DNA from: an uncultured Ignavibacteriales bacterium
GTDB taxonomy: Bacteria > Zixibacteria > MSB-5A5 > GN15 > FEB-12
Reading direction: 5' to 3'
Assembly: GCA_964618515.1 (NCBI GenBank)
Contig: CAZUAS010000001.1
Coordinates: 9,966-73,965 of the forward strand
Length of the DNA stretch: 64,000 nt
In this document: piece by piece, positions 9,640 through 18,873 of the stretch
Numbering within the stretch: the stretch's first letter is position 1
Layout of the letters: each line of letters begins with the position of its first letter
Position numbers and translations under genes: made by a program
Notes under the pieces: model-generated
Database searches by the model: none
The model's input: only the letters and a program-made list of their open reading frames with translations
Told to the model about the DNA's origin: nothing

Positions 9640-11940
9640 TCAGCCCTCATAGCGTAAAGTCAAGCCTATCCCCCTTCCGGGCGAATATATCCCCGAACCA
9701 TGTTCCTTGTAGGCTTTATCGGTGAGATTTTCAAGCAGCACGTTAAAGGTAAAGGGATCGATGCTAAGGTGATATTTCAAGCCCAGCGTGAACCATCCCT
9801 CCGTGCCGTCGGGACCGATACGGGTATCCTCGATATCCCGGGTGGACAGGCGCTTCTGTTCGTCGGCGGCGCGTGAAAGCACTTCCACCCACATCCGTTC
9901 CGCCGGTTTATAACGTATCGCCAGTAAACCCATCAAAGGCGGGATGCGGCTGAGCGGTTCGTCCTCGCTCAGGTTCTCGCCCCTGGTCCAGAAACAGTTG
10001 GCGCGAATTTCCCAGCGGCCGGAAAGGCGGACAAGATTATCGAATTCAAAACCAAAAATACGCGCCCGATTGACATTGTGACGCTGATAAATATCATATT
10101 CATCCGCATCTTTGATATCGTTGTTGTTTTCATCGAAGAAGGTTTTGCCGTCGTACACCCCGGGAGTGCGCTCGATAATATCGCTCAATCGGTCATAAAA
10201 CAAAAAGAAACCACCGCTCATGCGCGTATTTTCCACCTTTACACCCAGTTCAAAATTATTGGTGAACTCCGGTCCCAGATTCGGGCTGGGCGCATCCACC
10301 CCGCTGCTGGAATACTTGAGCACCACGGCGTCGTTAAGATTGGGGGTGCGGAAACCTCGCGACCAGCGCCCGATAAGATTAACCGAAGGTACGGGTTTGA
10401 AACTCACGGCGGCCAGCCCGGTCAGGTCATGAAAGCTGTCCTCATACTGCCTGAACGGCATCTCCAGCGGCGCCTCAATCCCGACATAGCTGAAGCGCAT
10501 CCCGGCGGTCAACTGCCATTTTTTATTTAGCGACCATTCCTCCTGTAAAAACCACCCGGCCTGGTAATAACGGGTATCGTCGGGATAGGTCGGGCGAATG
10601 GTTTCAACCGTCGCACCTTCGTACCGGTACTGCTCGCTGTTGATTCTATCGTAGTAATATTCCCAGCCAAAACTCAGCCGGTGTTCGGGGTGTGGAATCG
10701 ATGACAACTGTACATAACCGCCCCAGGTGGTGACTTTATCGCGGGCGAAGGTATAATTATCGGCAGCTGTCTTTCGCATGGTGCTGCCCTCGAGTTCGCG
10801 GTGATACGACACACCGGCTTTTACCGATGGGATAACGGACCCCAGCCGGTCACCGTAGAAAGTGACCATCGCCAGGTCCCTATCCTGCGGGTTATAAACA
10901 TATTCCTCGAATTCACCGCAGACATATTTATCGTAACGCGGCACGCCATCCTGTCTGACCGCCATGTAATCGAAACCAAAGTAACTGTACTGGTTTAAAA
11001 ACCAGGCCAGGCGGCCGGTGAAATCCGACTCCTCCCAGCCGGTGGGCGACTGCTTATCAACCTCGCCGCCGGCTTCAAGGTCGCCTATTCTTTTAAGCCC
11101 GAAATTCATTGTCCCGGCCAGGTGCCGATAAGTACTTTTGATACTCAAATTAACACTCCGTCCATCGTCAAAACTGGAATAACGGCTGACAAGAACCGGT
11201 CTTACCTCCAGTTTCGCCCCTCCCATTACCTGACGGGCGGGAATTAAATTTATCGCCCCGCCGATGGCGTCACTGCCGAACATCACCGAAGAAGGTCCCC
11301 GGACGACTTCCACCCGTTCCAGCGAGCCGAGGTCCACCGTATTCAAATACTGGTTGCCGCCGATACGGTAGGTCGGCCGGTTCAAACGGATACCGTCATA
11401 CAGCAAAAGTATATCTTTACCGATAAGTCCCCTTATTATCGGCGCACCGTGGCCATAAGTCGTCTTCTGCACTAGTAACCCCGGTTCCTCGCGCAGTACC
11501 TCGGCTACTGTACTATACGTTCGCTCATCGAATTTTTCTTCGGGCGTTATAGATATATTCGCGGGCGTAAGAAACTTTTGCTCGGCAAATCGGCTGGCGG
11601 TAACCGTTATTTTATCAAGGGCGATATCGACCGGGCGTAAAAACACCGTAAGTTCTCTCTGCTCTTTAGATACCAATGAAATGGTCCGGGTGAAGGTTTC
11701 ATAACCGACCATGGATACTTTAACCGTCAGAATACTGTCAGCAATGTTCCGGATTACAAAAAAACCGTCATTATCGGAAGTCGTTCCACGCGCGGTTTCG
11801 TTTATCTTCACGCTAGCGGCGACAATCGGGAGACAGGTGACAGCATCCCGGACGCGTCCTTTGAGGGTCAAGGCCGGGTCAGCTTGAACAATATTATAAC
11901 TAAAGACACCAAGAAAAATTACCAGCCATATTTTTTTCAT
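9640..11940 (-). CDS. TonB-dependent outer-membrane receptor with N-terminal CarboxypepD_reg-like domain
   Basis: 766 aa with a signal peptide, a carboxypeptidase-regulatory-like domain (LKGRVRDAVT...GFFVI), a plug (GAPIIRG) and a long beta-barrel. Confidence 0.85.
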   Translation of the reverse strand: MKKIWLVIFLGVFSYNIVQADPALTLKGRVRDAVTCLPIVAASVKINETARGTTSDNDGFFVIRNIADSILTVKVSMVGYETFTRTISLVSKEQRELTVFLRPVDIALDKITVTASRFAEQKFLTPANISITPEEKFDERTYSTVAEVLREEPGLLVQKTTYGHGAPIIRGLIGKDILLLYDGIRLNRPTYRIGGNQYLNTVDLGSLERVEVVRGPSSVMFGSDAIGGAINLIPARQVMGGAKLEVRPVLVSRYSSFDDGRSVNLSIKSTYRHLAGTMNFGLKRIGDLEAGGEVDKQSPTGWEESDFTGRLAWFLNQYSYFGFDYMAVRQDGVPRYDKYVCGEFEEYVYNPQDRDLAMVTFYGDRLGSVIPSVKAGVSYHRELEGSTMRKTAADNYTFARDKVTTWGGYVQLSSIPHPEHRLSFGWEYYYDRINSEQYRYEGATVETIRPTYPDDTRYYQAGWFLQEEWSLNKKWQLTAGMRFSYVGIEAPLEMPFRQYEDSFHDLTGLAAVSFKPVPSVNLIGRWSRGFRTPNLNDAVVLKYSSSGVDAPSPNLGPEFTNNFELGVKVENTRMSGGFFLFYDRLSDIIERTPGVYDGKTFFDENNNDIKDADEYDIYQRHNVNRARIFGFEFDNLVRLSGRWEIRANCFWTRGENLSEDEPLSRIPPLMGLLAIRYKPAERMWVEVLSRAADEQKRLSTRDIEDTRIGPDGTEGWFTLGLKYHLSIDPFTFNVLLENLTDKAYKEHGSGIYSPGRGIGLTLRYEG

Positions 11941-12006
11941 ATCGGCAACTCCGTTTTATATCGATGAGCTCAACAGCGGTATTCAATAAAAAGGTCAAGA
12001 TACATA

Positions 12007-12026
12007 TAAGTTCATAAATGAACTTA
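12007..12026. promoter_or_regulatory. perfect 9-bp inverted repeat TAAGTTCAT-AA-ATGAACTTA (candidate operator)
   Basis: Read directly from the sequence. Lies in the divergent intergenic region between the TonB receptor and the pterin dehydratase gene. Confidence 0.3.
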
Positions 12027-12195
12027 CGTAAAAAATATACATAAGTTTTGCCGGTTGCAATGCCGTTTTATCCTTTTCCCTAAAAACGAAATAATAACGG
12101 AACCTGTGCATTAAAAAGGCGGTTATGTAAATAAAATTTATAAAAGCAGGACTAATCAGGTATTTTTTTAAAAGACGATTCATTAAGGAGTTATT

Positions 12196-12528
12196 ATGAA
12201 TAATTTAACACAAAAAAAATGTATCCCCTGCGAGGGTGGGCTGGCTCCCCTGACTCGTAACGAATATGAGCCCTACCTGGAGCAGCTTCATGACTGGTCT
12301 GTCATAGATGATAAACAACTGGTGCGGGAATTTATATTTGAGGATTTTAACCGGGCTCTTCAATTTGTCAATGTCGCCGGAGAGATTGCCGAGGAAGAGG
12401 GACATCATCCGGATATTTTAATTCACAGCTGGAATAAAGTTAAAATCATACTCTGGACGCATGCTATCAGCGGTCTTTCAGTTAATGATTTCATCATGGC
12501 GGCGAAAATAGAACGAATCACCTTTTAA
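12196..12528 (+). CDS. phhB: pterin-4a-carbinolamine dehydratase (PCD/DCoH)
   Basis: 110 aa with the EEGHHPD...W motif of the PCD family. Confidence 0.85.
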   Translation: MNNLTQKKCIPCEGGLAPLTRNEYEPYLEQLHDWSVIDDKQLVREFIFEDFNRALQFVNVAGEIAEEEGHHPDILIHSWNKVKIILWTHAISGLSVNDFIMAAKIERITF

Positions 12529-12581
12529 ATAATATATAATAAAAAATGCGGGGCTTTTTAAAGACCGCTTTTTACCTGAGA

Positions 12582-13274
12582 CTACTGATTCCCTTCAATA
12601 TGTCCCAGGCTGATGCTATCTACCTGTACCTGGCCGGGTCGTTCGACGGCATAAGCCACAGCCTCGGCAATTTCCTCAGGGGGAAGCATCTTATCCTTCG
12701 ACCAGGTACCCTCGACTTTATCCCAGAGCGCCGTAGCGGCGGCCTGCGGATAGATATTTATCACCCTTATGCCTTTCGGACGCAATTCCTCCCGCAGTGA
12801 CCGGGTTAGTCCTTCCAGGGCAAATTTGCTCATGCAATAACTGCTCCAGCGGGGAAAAGCGGTATGTGCGGCGACCGAGAGAATATTGACGACAGCACTG
12901 CCGGGTTTCATGTGGGGATATAGTTTCTGTATCAGCCAGAACGGTGCGGATATATTAATCGCCAGGGTTTCCTGCCACTGCTTCGGTGTGGTTTGTTCGA
13001 AAGGCCCGACATGGGCTACTCCGGCGTTGTTGACCAGAAGATGAAGGTCATCCTGACCGACCATGGCAACCAACTCCTCAACGCCGCTCAGAGTGCTTAT
13101 ATCAGCCTGCAGTGCCATTGCCACGGCGCCCTTATCCAGAACCATCCGGCAACTTTCCGCCAGCGCCTTTTGGTCCCGCCCGTGCAACAGCAGTGTTCTG
13201 CCTTCCCGGGACAGCCTGACGGCAATCGCCCGACCCACACCCCGGCTGGCACCGGTTATCAAACATCTTTCCAT
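12582..13274 (-). CDS. short-chain dehydrogenase/reductase, sepiapterin-reductase-like by context
   Basis: TGASRGVGRA cofactor motif, NNAG, YCMSK catalytic motif. Lies immediately downstream of the PTPS gene. Confidence 0.75.
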   Translation of the reverse strand: MERCLITGASRGVGRAIAVRLSREGRTLLLHGRDQKALAESCRMVLDKGAVAMALQADISTLSGVEELVAMVGQDDLHLLVNNAGVAHVGPFEQTTPKQWQETLAINISAPFWLIQKLYPHMKPGSAVVNILSVAAHTAFPRWSSYCMSKFALEGLTRSLREELRPKGIRVINIYPQAAATALWDKVEGTWSKDKMLPPEEIAEAVAYAVERPGQVQVDSISLGHIEGNQ

Positions 13275-13306
13275 TTTATTACCTCGCTAATCCCTTTCCT
13301 TTTCGG

Positions 13307-14530
13307 TTAATCGATACTTCGCCGTAAGGTAAAACGATTATTAGGCGTCTCCCATAACCGCAGCCGGTAAAGCGGTCGAGCCAGTGTTTTCTCCAGCCGG
13401 TTCCAGAGAACCCGGATAATATTTTCCCCGGTGCTTGGCCGGTCCTTAAAATCCGGGGTATCCAGGTCAAGGTGTTTGAAATTCCAGGGTTCAAGGGCGA
13501 GTACAAGATTGTCGCGGAAATCATCAAGGCCGTAGAATATCCCGCGCCGTTCATCAATCTCGCCGTCGATGGTGCTCTCCACGACATACCGATGGCCGTG
13601 CCCCTGGGGATTATTACACTTACCGTAAAGCATGAGGTTCTTCTCGTCCGGTAATAAGGGGCTGTGCAGGCGATGGGCCGCCCGAAAAGCAGCTTTTATA
13701 CCCATTAAGGACTTCCCGTTTTTCAAATACTCTGCGAAGAAATAGGGATTTTCCCACAAACGTACTCGGGCTACCGGCAGGGAAATGCGTAACTGGCCAT
13801 AGATAAACCGCGCCAGGAACTCCGTGGTCATGGGTAAACCATTCAGCTCCGGGACTTCGAGATTAAGGTGACGGTGGTCGAGACTGTTATGCAACAAGCC
13901 CAGTACCTGGACTGTCTCGTTTTCGTTTTTAATCATACCTGTTTCCGGGTCCGGTTCGCCTTCGAGAGTCACCCGCAACCTGTAAAAATGACCATGGCCG
14001 TTTTTCGCCGACGCTACGCCGAACAATTTTTCATTTTCTTCGTCGGAGAGATGCGGCGATCCGGTACGGCGGGCGGCGGAGAATTCCATCCAGAAATCAC
14101 GTTCCACACGGCCGTCGGCATAAGCGGTGGCGGCGTCAAAAGGTGAGGTCTCCAGATGACAGGCGGCCAGGTGGGCGCTTTCATCATCAAATAAAACCCG
14201 GGCTTCGGAAAAAAGCCGGCGGGCTACATTCTCCGGAGTGGGGATAACCTTATCATAAGGCGGAGTATCACGATTGAGAAACTTATGGTCATAACGCCCG
14301 GCCAGCAGACGGTTAATACGTTCCTTTACGGACGTTATATTAATTACCATGCCGTTTTTTTCATCGACCGGACCGCTTAAAACGAAATAAACCGTCCAGT
14401 TGCCGCCGTAACCATAGGGACCGCCCATCCAGGAACCAAAAACCTCCCGGTTTTTTTCCAGCGGCCAGTCATCGCGATAATAACGGTAGGAAAGCGATAC
14501 CTCGAATCTTTTACTTATGACCAGGTGCAT
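13307..14530 (-). CDS. 6-pyruvoyl-tetrahydropterin synthase, three tandem T-fold repeats in one chain
   Basis: 407 aa with repeats at about aa 1-137, 145-268 and 276-403. Repeat 3 has AAHRL...GKCNNPQGHGHRY (complete His/Cys/HGH set). Repeat 2 keeps only HGH. Repeat 1 has GGPYGYGGNW instead. Confidence 0.8.
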   Translation of the reverse strand: MHLVISKRFEVSLSYRYYRDDWPLEKNREVFGSWMGGPYGYGGNWTVYFVLSGPVDEKNGMVINITSVKERINRLLAGRYDHKFLNRDTPPYDKVIPTPENVARRLFSEARVLFDDESAHLAACHLETSPFDAATAYADGRVERDFWMEFSAARRTGSPHLSDEENEKLFGVASAKNGHGHFYRLRVTLEGEPDPETGMIKNENETVQVLGLLHNSLDHRHLNLEVPELNGLPMTTEFLARFIYGQLRISLPVARVRLWENPYFFAEYLKNGKSLMGIKAAFRAAHRLHSPLLPDEKNLMLYGKCNNPQGHGHRYVVESTIDGEIDERRGIFYGLDDFRDNLVLALEPWNFKHLDLDTPDFKDRPSTGENIIRVLWNRLEKTLARPLYRLRLWETPNNRFTLRRSID

Positions 14531-14540
14531 AACAGCTTCT

Positions 14541-15095
14541 TCAATGCTTGCAGATTAAAGTCATAAACTCGGAGCGGGTCTCCGCGTCATCGTGCATCTC
14601 CCCCAGAACGCACGAAGTGGTCATGACCGAATTTTGTTTTTCCACTCCCCGCATCATCATGCACAGGTGCTGGGCTTCGATAACCACCCCAACTCCCAGC
14701 GCCCCGGTGTAATTCTGAATGGTGACGGCAATCTGCTTGGTAAGGTTTTCCTGAATCTGCAGCCGGCGGGCAAAGGCATCCACCAGGCGGGCAACCTTCG
14801 ACAAGCCCAGTACCTTCCCATTGGGAATATACCCCACGTGACATTTACCGATAAAAGGCAAGAGATGATGTTCACACATAGAATAGAGTTCGATATTCTT
14901 AACCACCACCATTTCCTTAATGTCCGATTCGAACAGGGCGTTGTTGACTAATTTATCAATATCTTCCTGGTAGCCTTTGGTTAAAAACTGAAACGCTCTG
15001 GCGGCCCGAGCCGGTGTTTTCAAAAGGCCTTCGCGGTCGGGGTTCTCGCCTACCATTTCTATTAAATGCCGATACAATTGCTCCATCTGCTGCAT
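14541..15095 (-). CDS. folE: GTP cyclohydrolase I
   Basis: 184 aa with [10 protein letters not shown] and QERLT-like (QENLT) motifs. Confidence 0.9.
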   Translation of the reverse strand: MQQMEQLYRHLIEMVGENPDREGLLKTPARAARAFQFLTKGYQEDIDKLVNNALFESDIKEMVVVKNIELYSMCEHHLLPFIGKCHVGYIPNGKVLGLSKVARLVDAFARRLQIQENLTKQIAVTIQNYTGALGVGVVIEAQHLCMMMRGVEKQNSVMTTSCVLGEMHDDAETRSEFMTLICKH

Positions 15096-15217
15096 AGTCG
15101 CTCCTTATGGTAATTTCCATATAAATACTATTACGCTGAATTCCTGAATATATAAGGTCATTTTAAATCATATTCCGTTTCCCGGCAACCAATTTCTTGA
15201 ACTTGATAAAAAGCCAT

Positions 15218-15244
15218 AAAAAAACCCCGGGGTAAACCTCCGGG
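15218..15244 (-). terminator. intrinsic terminator after mmdB
   Basis: 7-bp GC-rich stem (15226-15232 pairs with 15238-15244) followed on the minus strand by a 7-T run (15218-15224). Confidence 0.55.
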
Positions 15245-15267
15245 ATTATATGATTGATTTACCGGCC

Positions 15268-16392
15268 TCAACCGAAAGTAGCCAGCAAGACGCCGGCGGC
15301 TACCGCGGAACCGATAACACCGGCTACATTGGGAGCCATAGCATGCATAATGAGGTAATTATTCGGGTCTTCCTTCGCTCCCACCATCTGGCAGACGCGG
15401 GCGGAATTGGGAACGGCGGATACGCCGGCGGCGCCGATAATCGGATTAATTTTTGTCTTGGAAAACAAATTCATGGCTTTGGCGAACATAACCCCGCCGG
15501 CAGTGGCAAAACAGAATGACAGGGCACCCATCATAAAAATCTTCACGGAATCCGGGGTCAGAAAACGAGTGGCGTCAGTAGATGCGCCGACTGTGATCCC
15601 CAAAATGATGGTGACGATATCAATCAAAGCGTTGCTGGCCGTTTTGGCTAAACGCTCGGTTACACCGCATTCCTTAAGGAGATTACCGAAAAACAACATC
15701 CCCAGAAGGTCAATGGCGCCGGGGGCAATGAAGGTGGTTATCATGAAAGCAACCACCGGGAATAGAATCCGAAGGCGCTTGCTGACCGGTTTCGAGGGCT
15801 GCATGCGAATTAAACGTTCCTTCCGGGTGGTCAAAAACCTGATAATGGGCGGCTGAATAACCGGCACCAGAGCCATGTAGGAATAAGCCGAGATGGCTAT
15901 AGCGCCGATAAAATGAGGGGCGAGCTTGGAGGTAAGAAAAATCGCCGTCGGCCCGTCGGCTCCGCCGATGATGCCGATCGCCCCGGCTTCCATCTTCGTA
16001 AAGCCCAGCGACAACGCCAGGATAAAAGTCAAAAATATGCCCAGCTGGGCGGCGGCTCCCAGAAGTATCAGGCGCGGTTTAGACAGCATACAGGAAAAAT
16101 CGGTCATCGCACCGATACCTAAAAATATCAAAGGCGGATAATAACCCTCTTTGACACCCTTGTATAGTATCGACATCACACTGCCTTCTTCATAAATACC
16201 CAGATCCATTCCGGCTTTGTAAGGAATATTCCCGATGAGGATACCGAAACCGATGGGAATCAAAAGTAACGGTTCATAACCGCGGGTGACGCCGAGATAA
16301 ATAAAAACACAACCGGCCATAAGCATGCCCAGGTTGCCCCAGGTAAAATTGCCGATAGCCCCGTTTTGTAAAAAATTTAATAAAATTTCCAT
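15268..16392 (-). CDS. mmdB: Na+-translocating decarboxylase beta subunit (OadB/MmdB/GcdB family)
   Basis: 374-aa polytopic protein typical of the OadB family, clustered with the carboxyltransferase and biotin carrier. Confidence 0.85.
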   Translation of the reverse strand: MEILLNFLQNGAIGNFTWGNLGMLMAGCVFIYLGVTRGYEPLLLIPIGFGILIGNIPYKAGMDLGIYEEGSVMSILYKGVKEGYYPPLIFLGIGAMTDFSCMLSKPRLILLGAAAQLGIFLTFILALSLGFTKMEAGAIGIIGGADGPTAIFLTSKLAPHFIGAIAISAYSYMALVPVIQPPIIRFLTTRKERLIRMQPSKPVSKRLRILFPVVAFMITTFIAPGAIDLLGMLFFGNLLKECGVTERLAKTASNALIDIVTIILGITVGASTDATRFLTPDSVKIFMMGALSFCFATAGGVMFAKAMNLFSKTKINPIIGAAGVSAVPNSARVCQMVGAKEDPNNYLIMHAMAPNVAGVIGSAVAAGVLLATFG

Positions 16393-16422
16393 CCCATGTC
16401 ACTCCTTCGAGTACGACCGATC

Positions 16423-16827
16423 CTATACGAATTCGACCAGTATCTGATTCTCCTTAACCGAATCGCCGACGGCAATCGGTATGGCTTTGATCTGTCCCGA
16501 GGCTGGAGCGGCAATTGATGTTTTCATCTTCATGGCTTCAATGACCAGAAGAATCTGACCTTTAGAAACTTTGTCGCCGGATTTACATTTAATTTCCAGA
16601 ACGGTTCCGGCAATAGGCGACGCAATGGAACCCCGTGATATTTCCGCCGGAGCCGGGGACATACCCGATGAAGCCGGCGGTAGAGCGGTACTGGGCAACG
16701 AGGCGCTTTCGGTGACGGGACGCTGCCGGGTTCGAACAGAAACCGGCGCCGGAAAACCTTCGCCGGGATCCAGCACTTCCACATCAACTTCATACGCTAC
16801 CCCGTGTATGGTTATTTTGAGTTTCAT
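16423..16827 (-). CDS. mmdC: biotin carboxyl carrier subunit of the decarboxylase
   Basis: C-terminal biotinyl domain with the EAMKM motif and an Ala/Pro-rich linker. ATG 16827 with AGGAG upstream is preferred to the TTG at 16845. Confidence 0.8.
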   Translation of the reverse strand: MKLKITIHGVAYEVDVEVLDPGEGFPAPVSVRTRQRPVTESASLPSTALPPASSGMSPAPAEISRGSIASPIAGTVLEIKCKSGDKVSKGQILLVIEAMKMKTSIAAPASGQIKAIPIAVGDSVKENQILVEFV

Positions 16828-16877
16828 ATATGCTCCTGATATCAATATTTATAAATCCGTATAATTTCTTTTTTTCA

Positions 16878-17222
16878 TTACCTTTTCTTGGGAACTACAT
16901 GTGAACCATGCAGTATTACCCGGCCTTCAAGGGACCAGGGACTGCTTTTGGCGTCGCGGGGCAACAAACGCTGGATTTTACGAATATGAAAACGACCCCT
17001 TAGTATGGTGGCGACGGCGGCGGAAATCAAGACCAGTGTCGTAGTATCGATACTGGGGGCTTTTTTCGCGGCCGCTTCCCGATGACGCTTTTCCCGTTCC
17101 TGCCAGTTCCTGTCAAGAAAATTTATAAATGTAATTGACAGAGACACGATAATCAGGGCGGTGAATACAATCATCAATCCGATAAGGGTAAATTCCAAAC
17201 TGTATGAAAGCCATTCCGGCAT
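16878..17222 (-). CDS. mmdD: small membrane subunit of the decarboxylase (OadG/MmdD-like)
   Basis: 114 aa with a single N-terminal TM helix. Positioned between the carboxyltransferase and the biotin carrier. Confidence 0.55.
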   Translation of the reverse strand: MPEWLSYSLEFTLIGLMIVFTALIIVSLSITFINFLDRNWQEREKRHREAAAKKAPSIDTTTLVLISAAVATILRGRFHIRKIQRLLPRDAKSSPWSLEGRVILHGSHVVPKKR

Positions 17223-17238
17223 GTCGGCACCTCTTTGT

Positions 17239-18798
17239 TTACATCGGTATTAAACCGTGTTTTTTTTGCGGTCTCAGTTCCCGTTTAGCTTTCAAGACCT
17301 CAAGGGCCGCGGCCAGGTAGGCACGCGTTTCCGCAGGTTCCAGGATATCATCCACCATTCCGTGCGCAGCAGCAAAATAGGGATTGGCGAAAGTATCCTT
17401 GTACTCCTCAAGTCTTCGATGGCGTTCCGCTTTGGGGTCGGGCGCCTCATTGATTTCCTTGCGATAGAGGACATTGACGGCGCCCTCGGCACCCATGACG
17501 GCGATTTCGGCCGAAGGCCAGGCACACAGGGTGTCGGCGCCCATGCTCTTAGCACACATAGCCAAAAACGCCCCGCCGTAAGCCTTGCGTACCACCACCG
17601 TCAGCTTTGGCACGGTCGCTGAGGCATAGGCAAACAGCATCTTGGCTCCATGACGGATAATCCCGCCGTACTCCTGCTGGACACCGGGCATAAAACCCGG
17701 AACATCGACAAACGTTACTATCGGAATATTGAAAGCATTGCAAAAACGGATAAAACGGGAAGCCTTGTCCGAGGAATCGATATCGAGCACTCCCGCCTTA
17801 TGCTTCGGCTGGTTGGCAATGATGCCGATAGTACGACCTGTCAGACGGCCAAACCCAATAATAATATTCGGGGCAAAGTGCTCCTGAATTTCCATAAAAT
17901 CACCCCGGTCAACAACCCGGATCACAATTTCCCGCATATCATAAGGTTCACTGGAGTCCTGAGGAACAATATCGTTAAGTGTTTCATCGGGTACAATCTC
18001 TTCATCATAAAGTTCCGATATAAAAGGCGGGTCCTCGGTATTGTTACTGGGTAAAAAAGACAACAGCCGTTTGGTAATATTTATGGCATCCTCATCATTC
18101 TCGGCGATAAAATGCACCACACCGGAATAGTATGCATGACTCTCCACCCCGCCCAGTTGCTCGGCTGTAATGTCCTCCCCGGTCACCTGTTTGATAACCA
18201 GGGGTCCAGTGATATAGAGCTGACCCTCATGCCTTACCTGGATGATGAAATCAGTAAGCGCCGGGGAATAGGCGGCGCCACCGGCACACGGTCCGGCGAT
18301 TATGCTTATCTGCGGAACCACCCCGGACAACAGGACGTGCCGATAAAAAATCCGGCCGTACCCGGAAAGAGAATCCACGCCTTCCTGAATACGTGCACCA
18401 CCGCTGTCGTTAATCATAACAAAGGGGTCGCCGGTTTTTAAAGCGGCATCCATGAGCTCGGCAATTTTCCGGGCTGTCGCCTCGCCAACCGAACCGCCCG
18501 CCACCGTAAAATCCTGACTGGCCGCATACACCGGCCGACCGTCGATGACCCCATGACCGGTTACCACTCCCTCTCCGGGATATTCCTTATCCTTTATCCC
18601 GAAATGGGTGCAATGATGCTTGATAAAAAGATGCGTTTCCCGGAAGGTGTTTTCTTCAAAGAGCAAACCCAGTCGCTCGCGGGCGGTCAGCTTGCCCAGC
18701 TGGTGCTGTTTTTCGATCGCTTTATCCCCGCCGCCTTTGAGCAGGTGCTCTCTCTTTTTCAACAATTGTTCTATCTTGGAATCAGCCATACTTAACAT
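17239..18798 (-). CDS. mmdA: methylmalonyl-CoA carboxyltransferase (decarboxylase alpha subunit)
   Basis: 519-aa carboxyl-transferase-family sequence (PccB/MmdA-like). Confidence 0.85.
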   Translation of the reverse strand: MLSMADSKIEQLLKKREHLLKGGGDKAIEKQHQLGKLTARERLGLLFEENTFRETHLFIKHHCTHFGIKDKEYPGEGVVTGHGVIDGRPVYAASQDFTVAGGSVGEATARKIAELMDAALKTGDPFVMINDSGGARIQEGVDSLSGYGRIFYRHVLLSGVVPQISIIAGPCAGGAAYSPALTDFIIQVRHEGQLYITGPLVIKQVTGEDITAEQLGGVESHAYYSGVVHFIAENDEDAINITKRLLSFLPSNNTEDPPFISELYDEEIVPDETLNDIVPQDSSEPYDMREIVIRVVDRGDFMEIQEHFAPNIIIGFGRLTGRTIGIIANQPKHKAGVLDIDSSDKASRFIRFCNAFNIPIVTFVDVPGFMPGVQQEYGGIIRHGAKMLFAYASATVPKLTVVVRKAYGGAFLAMCAKSMGADTLCAWPSAEIAVMGAEGAVNVLYRKEINEAPDPKAERHRRLEEYKDTFANPYFAAAHGMVDDILEPAETRAYLAAALEVLKAKRELRPQKKHGLIPM

Positions 18799-18873
18799 GC
18801 CCTGATAAAAAAATTATAAATGTTCATAAATTTTTACTTATCGCTGTTTTCAGTTATTTATTTTCTTTAACCT

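Noticed and set aside
11995-12183. 62-aa minus-strand ORF in the receptor/phhB intergenic region
   Set aside because: The sequence is AT-rich, Phe/Tyr/Lys-biased and has no SD. The region is better explained as divergent promoter space.
11941-12195. Cobalamin or other riboswitch upstream of the TonB-dependent receptor (and upstream of mutA at 24399-24450)
   Set aside because: Reading both leaders, I found no B12-box-like GCCACTG core or other conserved riboswitch cores that I could recognise. The mutA leader is only about 40 nt. A covariance-model scan would be needed for certainty.
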